Of a stretch of DNA of 64,000 nt, positions 1 through 10,220 are shown in pieces. The notes under the pieces were generated by a model. It was not told the origin of the DNA. It saw only the letters and a list, made by a program, of their open reading frames with translations, and searched no databases. Every line of letters begins with the position of its first letter. Position 1 is the first letter of the stretch. The position numbers and the translations under genes were made by a program. Source of the DNA: Acidobacteriota bacterium (GTDB lineage: Bacteria > Acidobacteriota > UBA6911 > RPQK01 > JAJDTT01); contig CBDCJH010000002.1 of NCBI GenBank assembly GCA_965217775.1, forward strand, positions 2,720,001 through 2,784,000, in the 5' to 3' direction.

Positions 1-407
1 TATCCCAGGACGTAGTCCAGGGCCTCGCTGCTGCCGACCCTCCGGGCTATCCTCCCGATGACCGCCACCAGCTCGGCCTCGAAGTGGACTTCCAGATTCC
101 CCTCTTCGGCCGGATAGACGATGGATTCCCCGGGTCCGATGGCGGCCGTGGAGGGCTTCATGAAGAGCATGGGCTGCGGCGGGTGTTCCTTTCCCCCCTC
201 GGCCGCGTGGTCGGCATAGTTGAGGCCCAGCCCGAAGATCCTGGGCGCAGGCACGGGCGAGAGGATCCGCACGGACTCCAATCGCGTGGCGGTCCCGTCC
301 GGAGTCAGGCTCTCGAAGGGCGTCCCTTCCAGGCGCCGGATCAGTCCCCCCTCTTCCAGGATCCCGTAGTGGATCCGGTCCCCTTCCCGATATCGAACGA
401 TCTTCAT
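1..407 (-). CDS. Fumarylacetoacetate hydrolase family protein (N-terminal part; continues beyond window start)
   Basis: Manual translation from ATG 407: MKIVRYREGD...RIFGLGLNYADHAAE...PMLFMKP...VHFEAELVAVIG, typical FAH motifs. The ATG overlaps the TGA of the upstream gene. Confidence 0.85.
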   Translation of the reverse strand, partial: MKIVRYREGDRIHYGILEEGGLIRRLEGTPFESLTPDGTATRLESVRILSPVPAPRIFGLGLNYADHAAEGGKEHPPQPMLFMKPSTAAIGPGESIVYPAEEGNLEVHFEAELVAVIGRIARRVGSSEALDYVLG

Positions 408-1336
408 CAGCTTCCCCTTTCGATTTCTTCCTGAAACTCCCGGTAAAGCTCTCCGACCTGCGCCTCGCGGGCGTCGCCGTCGTGGACCCCGACTCGAAGC
501 CCGAACTCCACGTTCTGTCCCGGTTCCAGCGACCAGACGCGGCTGGCCATGGGGTTGATGGTCAGGGTCCCCCAATCGGTCACGTACCAGGGATGACCGG
601 CCGTCGAGGAATGGGGAAACAGGGCCACGCCCGCACGGACCCCCCTTCCCAAGGTCCCGGAACCGTCCACCCAATCGGCGCTCTCACGACTGATGTCCCG
701 TCCCCCCTCACGCCCCTCCGAGTCCAGAAGCCTTCCGCCATGGGTCACGGTCAGGGCCTCGATCAGTCGCACCCCGAAAAGTCCATGGCGAGTGGGCCCC
801 AGCTCGAGTCCCCACTGGCCGGCCTGGAGGCGGGAGCGGACGTCGATCCGGTTCGCCCGCTCCCCGGGACGGATGTCCAGCGTCCGGGTCTCGGTCAGGA
901 GGACTCGTCCTTCCGATGCGGCCCATTCCTCCGGACCCCGCCACTGGAGGTTCAACTGGATTCTCAGGTGGTCCGGAGCCAGCTCTTCGGACTCGACTCC
1001 GGTGGTCAGGATCCGTCCCGGCGCCCGGCCCTGGAAGGTCCCGTTCACGTAGAAGTTGTAGGTCCCCTCCTCGGTCTCGTCCGAGGAATAGGGGAAACGG
1101 CACCGGACCCGGTCCAGGGCCACCCAAATGGAATTGTGGTGGGGGTGATCCGCCGGACTCTCGGAGGTGACGGCGAAGCCAGCCGGAGTGAATACCGGGT
1201 AGAGATAGGGCCTGTAGGGCCCCTGGCTCAGTGACAGGATTCGCTTTCCACGCCACCGGACTCCGAGGCGATGCGACGCCGCCCAAGCCCCCCGCGCCAG
1301 CTCGACCTGATCCTCCAGAATTGAGAAAGATTCCAC
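407..1336 (-). CDS. DUF6807/PmoA-like family protein
   Basis: RPYLYPVFTPAG...ESPADHPHHNSIW motif. Start chosen at GTG 1336 (ORF open to 1438). Confidence 0.7.
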   Translation of the reverse strand: MESFSILEDQVELARGAWAASHRLGVRWRGKRILSLSQGPYRPYLYPVFTPAGFAVTSESPADHPHHNSIWVALDRVRCRFPYSSDETEEGTYNFYVNGTFQGRAPGRILTTGVESEELAPDHLRIQLNLQWRGPEEWAASEGRVLLTETRTLDIRPGERANRIDVRSRLQAGQWGLELGPTRHGLFGVRLIEALTVTHGGRLLDSEGREGGRDISRESADWVDGSGTLGRGVRAGVALFPHSSTAGHPWYVTDWGTLTINPMASRVWSLEPGQNVEFGLRVGVHDGDAREAQVGELYREFQEEIERGS

Positions 1337-1436
1337 CAGAACCGCCTGTCGCCGCTGGATTTGCAATCGGGGGACGCCCCAGCCAGAATGACCCGTCAAC
1401 GCCGTGCGGGATGGTCCAACCGACCGGGACGCAATC

Positions 1437-3119
1437 ATGCCCGAGAAGAGATCGGATGTCCAAGGCGACCGGCTGCTGCTGCGGGAAGCCCGCGCCCAAG
1501 GCCGGGGCGCCCTGCTGAAGACCTATTTCCGGCTCTCGGGTCCGGGCTGGCTTCAAAGCGCCCTGACCCTTGGAGGCGGTTCCCTGGCCAGTGGCCTCTA
1601 CCTGGGAACCCTCTCCGGGTTCGCCCTCCTCTGGCTCCAACCGGTGGCCATGATCCTGGGCATCGTCATGCTGGGCGCCATCAGCTACGTCACCCTCTCC
1701 ACGGGCGAGCGTCCCTTTCAGGCCATCAACCGGCACGTGAGCCCCCTCCTGGGATGGGCCTGGGCCATCGCCAGCCTCATGGCCAACATGGTCTGGTCAC
1801 TGCCCCAGTACAGCCTGGCTACCAGCGCGGTCCAGCAGAACCTGCTGCCGGATCTCTTGGGAGCGGACGGCGTCACCGGCGACCTGGGCGGCAAGGTGAT
1901 CATCTGCGCCGTCATCCTCGCGGTCACCATCTCCATCACCTGGCTCTACGGCAAGGGCGGCTGGGGGGTGAAGGTGTACGAGGGGACCCTGAAGGTGGTG
2001 GTGGCACTGATCGTCCTCTGCTTCTTCGGCGTGGTCGTGAAGATGGCCCTCTCCCCGGGCGCCCTGAACTGGGGAGCCGTTCTCTCCGGGTTCGTCCCCG
2101 ACCTGAGCGTCCTGATGCATCCGACCGCTACCTACACCCCCTTCCTGGAGGCGGTCGGCGAGACCTCGCGCGAGTTCTGGAGCGGCAAGATCCTGGGGAT
2201 GCAGCGCGACGTCATGATCAGCGCCAGCGCCACGGCGGTCGGGATCAACATGACCTTCCTGCTGGGCTACTCCCTCCTCTCCCGAGGCTGGAACCGGGAA
2301 TTTCGCGGTCTGGCCATCTTCGACCTGTCCACCGGGATGCTCATCCCCTTCCTGCTGGCCACCAGTTGCGTGGTCATCGCCTCGGCCAGCCAGTTTCACA
2401 CCCGTCCCGCGGCCGGACTGGTCTCGGAGGCGGAGGGGCCGGCGCCTCCTGCCAAATTGGTGGCCGGCTACCAGGGCCTGTTGAGGGAGCGGATTGCAGC
2501 CACCAGTCCGGGGCTGTCCGCGGAAGCGAGTAGCCGGGCGGCCGAGGAGTTGCCGCAGGCGGAGAAGGAAATAGCCGCCATGCTGGTGAAACGGGACGCC
2601 TTCAATCTGGCGGAGTCGCTGGAGCCTCTCACCGGCAGCCTGTTCGCCCGGGTGGTGTTCGGAATCGGCGTGGTGGGAATGGCCCTCTCCAGCATCGCCA
2701 TCCTCATGCTGATCTCGGGGTTCGTCGTCTGCGAGATGCTGGGACTGGAGCCCAAGGGGCGGGCCTATCGGCTGGGCTCACTGGCCGCCGTGGTAGGGGT
2801 GCTGGGGCCCTTCTTCTGGAAGGATGCCCAGTTCTGGCTGGCGGTCCCCACGTCGATCTTCGGGATGGCGCTACTGCCCATTGCGTACATCTCCTTCTTC
2901 TTGCTCATGAACCAGCGGAAGCTGTTGGGCGAGAACCTGCCCCGGGGAGGAAAGCGAGTGGTCTGGAACGTGATGATGGCCCTGGCCACCGGGTTCGCCA
3001 CGTTGGGCTGCGCCTACAGCATCTGGTCCCGGATCGGGGTCCCCGGATTGGTCGCTGCCGGGGGATTCGTGCTGCTGGCGGTGTTGTTCCGGTTTCGACG
3101 GAAGGGCAGTACGGCCTGA
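1437..3119 (+). CDS. NRAMP-like divalent metal cation transporter
   Basis: GPGWLQSALTLGGGS N-terminal motif and many hydrophobic helices. Confidence 0.75.
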   Translation: MPEKRSDVQGDRLLLREARAQGRGALLKTYFRLSGPGWLQSALTLGGGSLASGLYLGTLSGFALLWLQPVAMILGIVMLGAISYVTLSTGERPFQAINRHVSPLLGWAWAIASLMANMVWSLPQYSLATSAVQQNLLPDLLGADGVTGDLGGKVIICAVILAVTISITWLYGKGGWGVKVYEGTLKVVVALIVLCFFGVVVKMALSPGALNWGAVLSGFVPDLSVLMHPTATYTPFLEAVGETSREFWSGKILGMQRDVMISASATAVGINMTFLLGYSLLSRGWNREFRGLAIFDLSTGMLIPFLLATSCVVIASASQFHTRPAAGLVSEAEGPAPPAKLVAGYQGLLRERIAATSPGLSAEASSRAAEELPQAEKEIAAMLVKRDAFNLAESLEPLTGSLFARVVFGIGVVGMALSSIAILMLISGFVVCEMLGLEPKGRAYRLGSLAAVVGVLGPFFWKDAQFWLAVPTSIFGMALLPIAYISFFLLMNQRKLLGENLPRGGKRVVWNVMMALATGFATLGCAYSIWSRIGVPGLVAAGGFVLLAVLFRFRRKGSTA

Positions 3120-3179
3120 GTTGGGGGCTTTCGGGTCGTCCGTGCTCGTAAGAGTCGGCGGTTGGAAACCGCCGCTCCC
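3065..3179 (+). repeat. Copy 1 of a ~110-bp diverged direct repeat (transporter 3' end plus REP); copy 2 starts at 5472 and is interrupted by the intron
   Basis: Both copies encode FVLLAVLFRFRRKG(S/G)TA* with synonymous differences and share the downstream gagttgggggctttc...gctcgtaagagtcggcgg. Confidence 0.85.
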
Positions 3180-3314
3180 GCTCCCAAACTCACCCAAAGG
3201 AGACCAATTTTCGCCATGAATAGCAAAATATTTTCTATTCATGGCGAAAACGACTGCAAGGGAGAGCTGACTGGCCTCGGCCACGCTCCGGTCCGCACAG
3301 GCGCGCCTTCACAG

Positions 3315-3500
3315 ATGACTGGAAACGAGCCAGCGAAACGGCTCAGCATCAATGTGCCAGCCCCTGTACATCGGCGCTTTAAGACGGCGTGTTTCGCTAT
3401 CAGTCGCCAGACGGTCTCTGAGCTACGGCACTTGATCGAAGTCCGTATAATGGAGCTTGAACGTGAGGTCGGAAGCGGTGAATCGCGCGGTCCACGGTGA
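3315..3500 (+). CDS. Small ParG-like ribbon-helix-helix protein
   Basis: KRLSINVPAPVHRRFKTAC pattern. Confidence 0.5.
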   Translation: MTGNEPAKRLSINVPAPVHRRFKTACFAISRQTVSELRHLIEVRIMELEREVGSGESRGPR

Positions 3501-3522
3501 TTCTCCTAGAAGAAGACTGGAC

Positions 3523-3753
3523 ATGAGCTACATCGTAAGCGAACTCTACGAAGCACTCCTCGCCGCTGGCGCACCTGACGACAAGGCTAAGGCTGCGGCG
3601 GCGGCCGTTCCGATCCCGGAACAGCTCGCCACCAGGGCCGACGTTGATGACGTGAAAGCGAACCTGGCAGGGTTGGACAAGCGCGTAGCTCGTTTGGAGT
3701 GGGCCGCGTATGCGGCTCTAGCCCTTTTGGGGAAGTTGGCCTTCTTCAGTTGA
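3523..3753 (+). CDS. Small coiled-coil protein with C-terminal hydrophobic helix (DUF1640-like)
   Basis: ELYEALLAAGAPDDKAKAAA...LATRADV...RVARLEW. Confidence 0.5.
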   Translation: MSYIVSELYEALLAAGAPDDKAKAAAAAVPIPEQLATRADVDDVKANLAGLDKRVARLEWAAYAALALLGKLAFFS

Positions 3754-4161
3754 CCCTCGTCAGGGACAATCCGCGCTCCTCTGCAAGAAGGCAAGAAGCA
3801 CCTCCCACTGCGGAAGATACGGCGTCATTTCCTCGCATATCATCCTGAAGATCTGCAGTGCGCGGAGGACCATCGCTACCTCTCGGCACTCCTTTGCGAA
3901 CGGGAATGTTGAGGGAGACTGCCAGACTAATTCTCAAGCTCGCGACTGCGAAGCATCACCGACCGGCGCCGCCGGTGCGTCACCCACAACCTCGTCGAGC
4001 GGGTCTCCATCTGGAGGCATTGTTTGACTGAAATCAACAGGTCTCGCTGAACCTTTGTCAGCCGTAATTCATCAGTTCCAGTAAGGGTTTGAGTGTCGCT
4101 CCGGTCGTGCCAACGAGATCAACGGCCTCATGAATTCATTCTGAACAGGGAGGAGAAAGCA

Positions 4162-4965
4162 ATGAGAGTCACGCGGATTGGACTGTGTCTACTGGTACTG
4201 GCAATCACGATCGCACCGGTCCGGGCCCGCAACGTCTACGGTCACCTTGTTCTCGGTGGGAGTGACACCGATTTGTCATTCGAATGCATCTTTATGGTCT
4301 CAAACAAAGTCCTCACAGAGCCTTGGGAAGACAAGGTCACGCTTCTGACCGGATCAGACGAGGACTGGGAGGGAAACTGGTCCGTCAACGGAGAGGATTT
4401 CAGCGGCTCAAACTCGTTTCCCGTAGCTTTGGAACCCGCGGGGTCCGCCACCTTCGTCATCACCGGTGACTCCATGATTCGTACCGGTTATCTGGAGTTT
4501 CGCGGTGACCGTTCCTACTTCCACGGGGATCTGGCGACTACATTCTTCTATCAGGTGAAGCAGGGGGGCGAGCTCATCGACTCGATTGGCACGGGACCTA
4601 CGGAGCCTGGGCTCTATTTCGCATTCCCTATCCAGCAAAACTCCCGTATGAGAACGGGAATTGCCTGGGTGGCGCTTGCCCACGTCAAACCCTTGGCGCC
4701 GGAAGAGATCCGCATCGGGATCTTCGACCCGGAAGGCGCAGTCTTCGAAATCAAGACCGTGCCCTACGAAGGATACGAAGCCCAATTCGTGGACGAGTTG
4801 TTTCCGGACCTAACCGGAGGAATTTCAAGGAACCATGATGGTCAATGTGGAGAAATTCATTCACATCACAGTCCTCCGGCAGGATACGCTGGCTTCGGGT
4901 GCGGTCCAGTTCACCAACACACCTCCGGACCATTGGTGTTTCGATGGCGACTGCTCTTTGGGTGA
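4162..4965 (+). pseudogene. Secreted hypothetical protein, probable frameshift near 4820
   Basis: AGGAG RBS and signal peptide. After FVDELFPDL a plausible continuation (EFQGTMMVNV...VLRQ...QFTNTP) lies in another frame. Confidence 0.5.
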
Positions 4966-5060
4966 AGCCAGCCCTTGAATACCTCCGGTGGGCAACACCC
5001 ACGCTCAGTCTCTGTTACCCCGGAGCGGACTGTCAGACAGTCCCAGGTCTAATTTAGCCC

Positions 5061-5470
5061 GTGGACTCGCTGGTGGGGGCAGGTCATGACGGTTCGGTTA
5101 CGAATAGCATGTCATCGCGAATGCCAGTCTTGATCGTCTTGGTCTTCTCGGGAGCATTTTTTTCGGTGGCCAGGGTGATACTGGATCTGAAGAATCGGAC
5201 GAGAGTGCCTGCAGCGTGGTTTGTGACACTTCGTAACGACCCGTACACCAACCGCATCGCGCGCAGGCTGAGCGAGTTCCGAAATAGCCGCATCGTGGAT
5301 CTGCTTATAGATGCGGTCAACGGACAGGAACGTGTATTCGCTGTCGTAGGTGCCGGCCGCGTTGTCATGCAGGAACCTGCCTCACGCGCGACGATTCTTC
5401 CTGTTGATCTACTACCCAACGTTGAAATGCCGAATCCGCGACCATTCATCGGCGCCGTCAAGAGAACGTG
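5061..5470 (+). pseudogene. Gene fragment, possibly a TraB/GumN-like C-terminus
   Basis: RNSRIVD...RVFAVVGAG motif only. Confidence 0.3.
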
Positions 5471-5574
5471 CATTCGTATTGCTTGCTGTGTTGTTTCGGT
5501 TTCGCAGGAAGGGCGGTACGGCCTGAGTTGGGGGCTTTCAGGTCGCCCGTGCTCGTAAGAGTCGGCGGCAAGAA

Positions 5575-7491
5575 GTCACGGTAGGAACGGCAGTTTCCTG
5601 CCGCCCCCCGCACAGATCCGGACGTGCCCGTTAAGGCATCCGGCTCCTACCTTGGGTGTGGACGGCCAGCGGAACCGCTGCCCCGGCCACGGGTGACGGA
5701 TCTTCACGGATGGCCAGAGCAATTCCGTCATCCGTCGCAACCGTCCCCAGCTGAAGCGGTCGCGTTGGGACCGGCGGCGCAAGGCTCGCAGCCACCGCCG
5801 TTGCAGCAGATAGCAGAAACCTCGCAGCCAGCGCGTACTCCCCGGAACCGCAAAATAGTTCAGCCAGCCGTTCAGGACCCGGCTCAACCATTTCCCGACC
5901 TCCCAGTGATCCGCGTGCCGTTGTCTCCACAGCCTCTCCCCCACCCGTTGCAGGGTCCGGTTCATCCGTTTCGCGCTTGGCTTCCGCCCCAGCCGGAAGC
6001 GTCCCTTCCGGGTCTTCGCACAGTAGTGCGTGAACCCCAGAAAGTCGAACGTCTCCGGTTTCCGCTCCCCGCGTCGTCGCCGATCCGCTGCCGCAAATCG
6101 TCCGAACTCCACCAGTCGCGTCTTTTCCGGGTGCAGTTCCAGCCCGAACTCGGCGCACCGTTCCCCCAGGTCTCGGAGAAACCGTTTCGCGTCCGCCCGT
6201 CTCTGGAATCCGGCCACGAAGTCGTCCGCATATCGCACCAGGATCGCTTCGCCTTTCGGGACTCGTGGGCGCCACGTCCGATGGAACCATTGGTCCAGCA
6301 CGTAGTGCAGGTACACGTTGGCCATGACCGGCGAGACGTTGGCGCCCTGAGGCGTCCCTCTCCCCGTGTCCGACCAGGTCCCTTCTTCCATCACGCCGGC
6401 GTTCAGCCACTTGCGCAGCAGCCGCAGCACCCGCCGGTCTCCGATCCGCCGTTCCACGAACTGCATCAGGCAGTCCCGGTCGATCGCATCAAAGAACGTC
6501 CGAATGTCCGCGTCCACGATCCCATTGACTTTCCGCCGTTCGATCCCGTAGGCCAGTGCATCCAGCGCGTCATGCGCCTTCCGTCCGGGCCGGAACCCGT
6601 AGCTGAGCCCGAGAAACTCCGCCTCGTAAATCGGCGTCAGGAGCTCGTCCACGACTGCCTTCTGGAGGATCTTGTCCTCCAGCGCGGCCACGCCGAGCGG
6701 TCGTGTCCTTCCATCCGGCTTGGGGATGTTCACCCGCCGGACGGGAGGCGCTCGGTACGCGCCCCGGTGCACGCGGCGATGCAGGTCCAGCAGTCGCTCT
6801 TCCAGCTTCGCCCCGTACTCCTCCCACCGACCCCATCGATTCCCGGCGCAGCATCCTTCCTCAGTCCGAGGTAGGCGCGGCGCAGGGCCTCCACAGTGAT
6901 ATGGTGCAGCAGCGCGGTCAGTCGCTCCTTGGGGTTTCTCGCGATCGCTCGCCGTATCCGGTCCACCGCTTGGGACACGCTCCCCCGACTCTGCGTCCGG
7001 CGCGTGCTTTGGCTCACCGAATTCCCCTTGGTTCCATCCCTTCGCTCCACCGGCTCCGCCGAGGGTCGCCCCTCTTTGTTCGCCCGCTTCATCGCTACTA
7101 TGGATGAATCCGATTGCTTCGTTCCGTCCATCATGAGTTTCGGGTTACTCCTTTCTCATGCGACCCCGGGGCGACCCCCCGGCGTGAAATGAAGCCCTCC
7201 CAGGTCCCGGAACAAGATTTTGCGTACGTGCCTGGGTTCTTTGACACCGCGGAGCCCGGCCGGCCCTCACCTGGGCGGTCCAGCCGGTGTTGCCTTCGAC
7301 CGCGACTACAGCCTCGGCACTTCCGATCATGGAGCTTTCGATGCTCAATAGCCTGCCCATACGCACCGCTACCGACGCTTCGCCGACACCCTCACGGGTG
7401 CCCACGCACGGCTCGCGGAGAAACGTGGATGGTTAGTCCTTCGTTTCGGCGGACTTCCACCGCCTATCTTGTGCCAGTTAGCCTGGCGCAC
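5575..7491 (-). mobile_element. Group II intron (IIB-type, possibly bacterial class E) inserted in a REP hairpin
   Basis: 5' GTGCG at 7491. Domain V GAGCCGGATGCCTTAACGGGCACGTCCGGATCTG; 3' end ...CCTACCGTGAC at 5575. Encodes an RT. Confidence 0.92.
5576..7134 (-). pseudogene. ltrA: Group II intron reverse transcriptase/maturase, 1-nt frameshift near 6828, no endonuclease domain evident
   Basis: N-terminal ...KDAAPGIDGV in one frame. IPKPDGRTRPLG, YGFRPGR, GTPQG, RYADD, FDFLGF and domain X in the next frame. Confidence 0.9.
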
Positions 7492-7533
7492 AGCCGCCGC
7501 TCCCAGTCGGCGACTGGGAAGTCGTCGCTCCCG

Positions 7534-9330
7534 TCACCAACCCAGGGCGTAGCAGGCTCGGCGGGGGTCGGCGCCGGTGGCCAGGATTCCCGTGGCCGGA
7601 TCGCGCCAGGTGAGGGTGGCTCCCATTCCGCAGACCAGCGCCGGCACGACGTTGTGGCCCAGTCTCCCCAGCTCTCGGCGGGTGGACTCTGAGAACGCCT
7701 CCTCCAGCGAGAGTTGTCCCGGGAAGTAGACGTGGGGATAGAAGGAGTTGCGGAGGCTGTCGCTCCCGAAGCGGGGCGCCTCGATGGATTCCTGGATGTT
7801 CATCCCGAAGACCAGCACGTTGAGCAGGAGTTGCAGGTTGGCCTGGGCTTGATGGTCGCCGCCGGGGCAGCCGACGGTCATGACCGGTTGCCCGTCCTTC
7901 ACCACCAGGTAGCCGACCAGGGTGGTCCGGGGCCGCTTTCCCGGTTCCAGACCGTTGGGGTGGTCCGGCTTCAGGAAGAACATCTCGCTGCGGGTGCTCA
8001 GGGCACAGCCGATCTCGGGGAAGAAAACCGACTTGCCGAAAGACCCGCCGCTGGGCGTGGCACACACCAGGTTTCCATGATGGTCCACCACGGCGATGTG
8101 GGTCGTCCCCTGCTCGGCGTGGCTGGGTCCCTGAAGGGGCGAAGGGGATGGGGCCTCCTGGGACGGACGTTCCCGGGAGTCTTGTGAGTACTTCCAGGGA
8201 TTGCCGGGCGGCGGCGTGTCGGGATGCGCCTTGCCGGGGTCGAGGAGCCGGACCCGCTCGGCCGCGTATTCCATGGAGAGAAGTCCATCCAGGGGAACGC
8301 GGGCGAAATCGGGGTCGCCGTAGAAGGCTTCACGGTCGGCGATCGCCAGCTTCAATGCCTCCACCACGGTGTGGACGTAAGCTGGCGAGTTGTGGCCCAT
8401 GGCCCCGAGGTCGAAGTGCTCCAGGAGATTCAAGGTTTGCAGCAGGACCGGGGCCTGGGACCAGGTCCGCTGGCAGCAGATTTCGTAGCCCCGGTAACGG
8501 GTGCGGGCCGGCTCCTCGAACTTGGCCCGGTAGCCCGCCAAGTCCTCGGCGCTGAGAATCCCTCCGACACTGCGGGCGCATTCCACTAGGGTGCGGGCGA
8601 GGCGTCCCTGGTAGAAGTCTCGCCGGGCGGCCCGGATCCCCTCGATCCGATCCCGTGATCCCCCCGCGTCACAGGCGGCCAGCCGCCGCAACGTTCGGGC
8701 CAAACCGGGTTGAACCAGGAGTGTACCGGGACGGGGGAGTTCTCCGTTCTCGTAGAAGATCTCGTTGCCGCCGGGCGGGTACTGGTCGAACTGGTCCCGG
8801 GTGGCCTGGGAGTCCAGAGCGTCGATCATGTACTCGTAGTGCGGAAATCCCGCCTGAGCCAGGTGGATGGCCGGCTCCAGGACCTGGGACAGCGGGAGTG
8901 TCCCGTATCGCTCCAGGAGAGACAGATACCCGTCCACCGCGCCCGGAACCGTGAAGGAGAGATGGGCGAGGGGTCCGGGACCGGTGGGGATCTCGTCCAG
9001 TCCCTGACTTCGAAAGAAGTCGACCGTGGCCTGTTCGGGAGCCGTTCCCTGACCGCTCAGCGAGAGGAGATCGCCGCTCTCGGCGTCGTAGAGCATGAAG
9101 ACCGACTCGGCCGCAAGCGAGTACGACGCGACCGGTTCGGTCACGGCGGCCGCGAACCCGGCCGCTACCAGGGCGTCGAAGGCATTCCCGCCCCCCAGCA
9201 GCATGCCCATCCCGGCCATGGAGGTCAGGTAGTGGCCGCTGGAGATGACCCCTTGGGTGGCGTAGATCACCGGCCGGCCGGTGGGGGGCCGGCCGCTGGC
9301 GTCGGTCTGGGACGGGATCGGTCGAACCAT
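7534..9330 (-). CDS. Gamma-glutamyltransferase family protein
   Basis: GGNAFDA, TVPG, DREAFYGDPDF, TTHIAVVD nucleophile, PGKRPRTT. Confidence 0.9.
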   Translation of the reverse strand: MVRPIPSQTDASGRPPTGRPVIYATQGVISSGHYLTSMAGMGMLLGGGNAFDALVAAGFAAAVTEPVASYSLAAESVFMLYDAESGDLLSLSGQGTAPEQATVDFFRSQGLDEIPTGPGPLAHLSFTVPGAVDGYLSLLERYGTLPLSQVLEPAIHLAQAGFPHYEYMIDALDSQATRDQFDQYPPGGNEIFYENGELPRPGTLLVQPGLARTLRRLAACDAGGSRDRIEGIRAARRDFYQGRLARTLVECARSVGGILSAEDLAGYRAKFEEPARTRYRGYEICCQRTWSQAPVLLQTLNLLEHFDLGAMGHNSPAYVHTVVEALKLAIADREAFYGDPDFARVPLDGLLSMEYAAERVRLLDPGKAHPDTPPPGNPWKYSQDSRERPSQEAPSPSPLQGPSHAEQGTTHIAVVDHHGNLVCATPSGGSFGKSVFFPEIGCALSTRSEMFFLKPDHPNGLEPGKRPRTTLVGYLVVKDGQPVMTVGCPGGDHQAQANLQLLLNVLVFGMNIQESIEAPRFGSDSLRNSFYPHVYFPGQLSLEEAFSESTRRELGRLGHNVVPALVCGMGATLTWRDPATGILATGADPRRACYALGW

Positions 9331-9332
9331 GT

Positions 9333-9578
9333 CTACGCCATTGCGGATGGGATCAAACAACTGTTGCTGAATTCACCATCGCTCAAGAGCAAACCGGCCG
9401 CTGCAAGAACGATGGAGTTCACGGAGAGGAAGAACGTGTTTACAACTTGACGCCGCGCGGAAAGCGCTTCGGACGTTTCTACGAACAATCGATACTGCGT
9501 CAGCAACGCTTCCGCGTCGCCGGGCGCGGGTTCGCCGTTACGAAACAACTCATCATCAACTGACTTGTCGTTGTTCAT
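9333..9578 (-). pseudogene. Truncated membrane protein resembling RipA-family small membrane effectors
   Basis: LLTQYRLFVETSEALSARRQVVNTFFLSVNS followed by one TM helix, then a premature end abutting the GGT gene. Confidence 0.55.
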
Positions 9579-9972
9579 TGTACAGGTGAGCCACGATCGT
9601 CTTGATGTCCCACGGCATGGGTATTACACCGATTTCCACTAGCGCCGCCGGAGACCGTGCGGCATTTGATTCCAGGTAGACAGCCAGAACACGTCTACCA
9701 AGTTCCGCACTCCTTCGAACCTCCCAGTTCACCGGCTCGCTACGCCAAGTACTCTCGCCGACCAAACAGATCGTCACACTTGACGCTCGAATGAGACGCT
9801 CCGCATGAATCTTCCACGCACCTTCCACGGGTTCCTTGATGGAGTAGTCACGAAAATCTAAACCTGAATGGCCGTATTGCGCCTGATCTCGAAACAGATC
9901 GACGAGCGGCTTGTGCTCCATGGCGAAACTGAGGAACACCCCGGGGGGCGCTGAAGAGTACGTCATCTCCAT
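9556..9972 (-). CDS. TIR-like domain protein (Thoeris ThsB/DUF1863 type)
   Basis: VFLSF...DYSIKEP...IRASSVTICLVG...SEPVNWEV with the catalytic Glu retained. Confidence 0.8.
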   Translation of the reverse strand: MEMTYSSAPPGVFLSFAMEHKPLVDLFRDQAQYGHSGLDFRDYSIKEPVEGAWKIHAERLIRASSVTICLVGESTWRSEPVNWEVRRSAELGRRVLAVYLESNAARSPAALVEIGVIPMPWDIKTIVAHLYNEQRQVS

Positions 9973-10115
9973 CAAACGATTTTACAGGGTGATCCCAATT
10001 GTAACACTCCGCAGGACACTCGCTCCCCTTCCCTAGTTGTTCCTGCAGCGCCGCACCACGGCCCCTCCCGGTGTTGGGCGGGACCGAGGGGGAAATTGGG
10101 TTCCCGGTTGAGCGT

Positions 10116-10183
10116 GGGAGCGGGGGTTTGTAACCCCCGATTCCGGGTTGGCGATGAAGAGGGGGACTACAAGTCCCCCCTCT
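10116..10183. repeat. Pair of REP-like hairpins
   Basis: gggagcgggggtttgtaacccccg and gggggactacaagtccccc. Confidence 0.6.
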
Positions 10184-10220
10184 CAGTTCGAGCTTGTCGT
10201 GGACGGCGGGCCGTGGTCGG

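Noticed and set aside
5576-7134. RT as a retron, DGR or defence RT
   Set aside because: It sits within clear group II intron boundaries (GTGCG, domain V/VI) and has maturase domain X.
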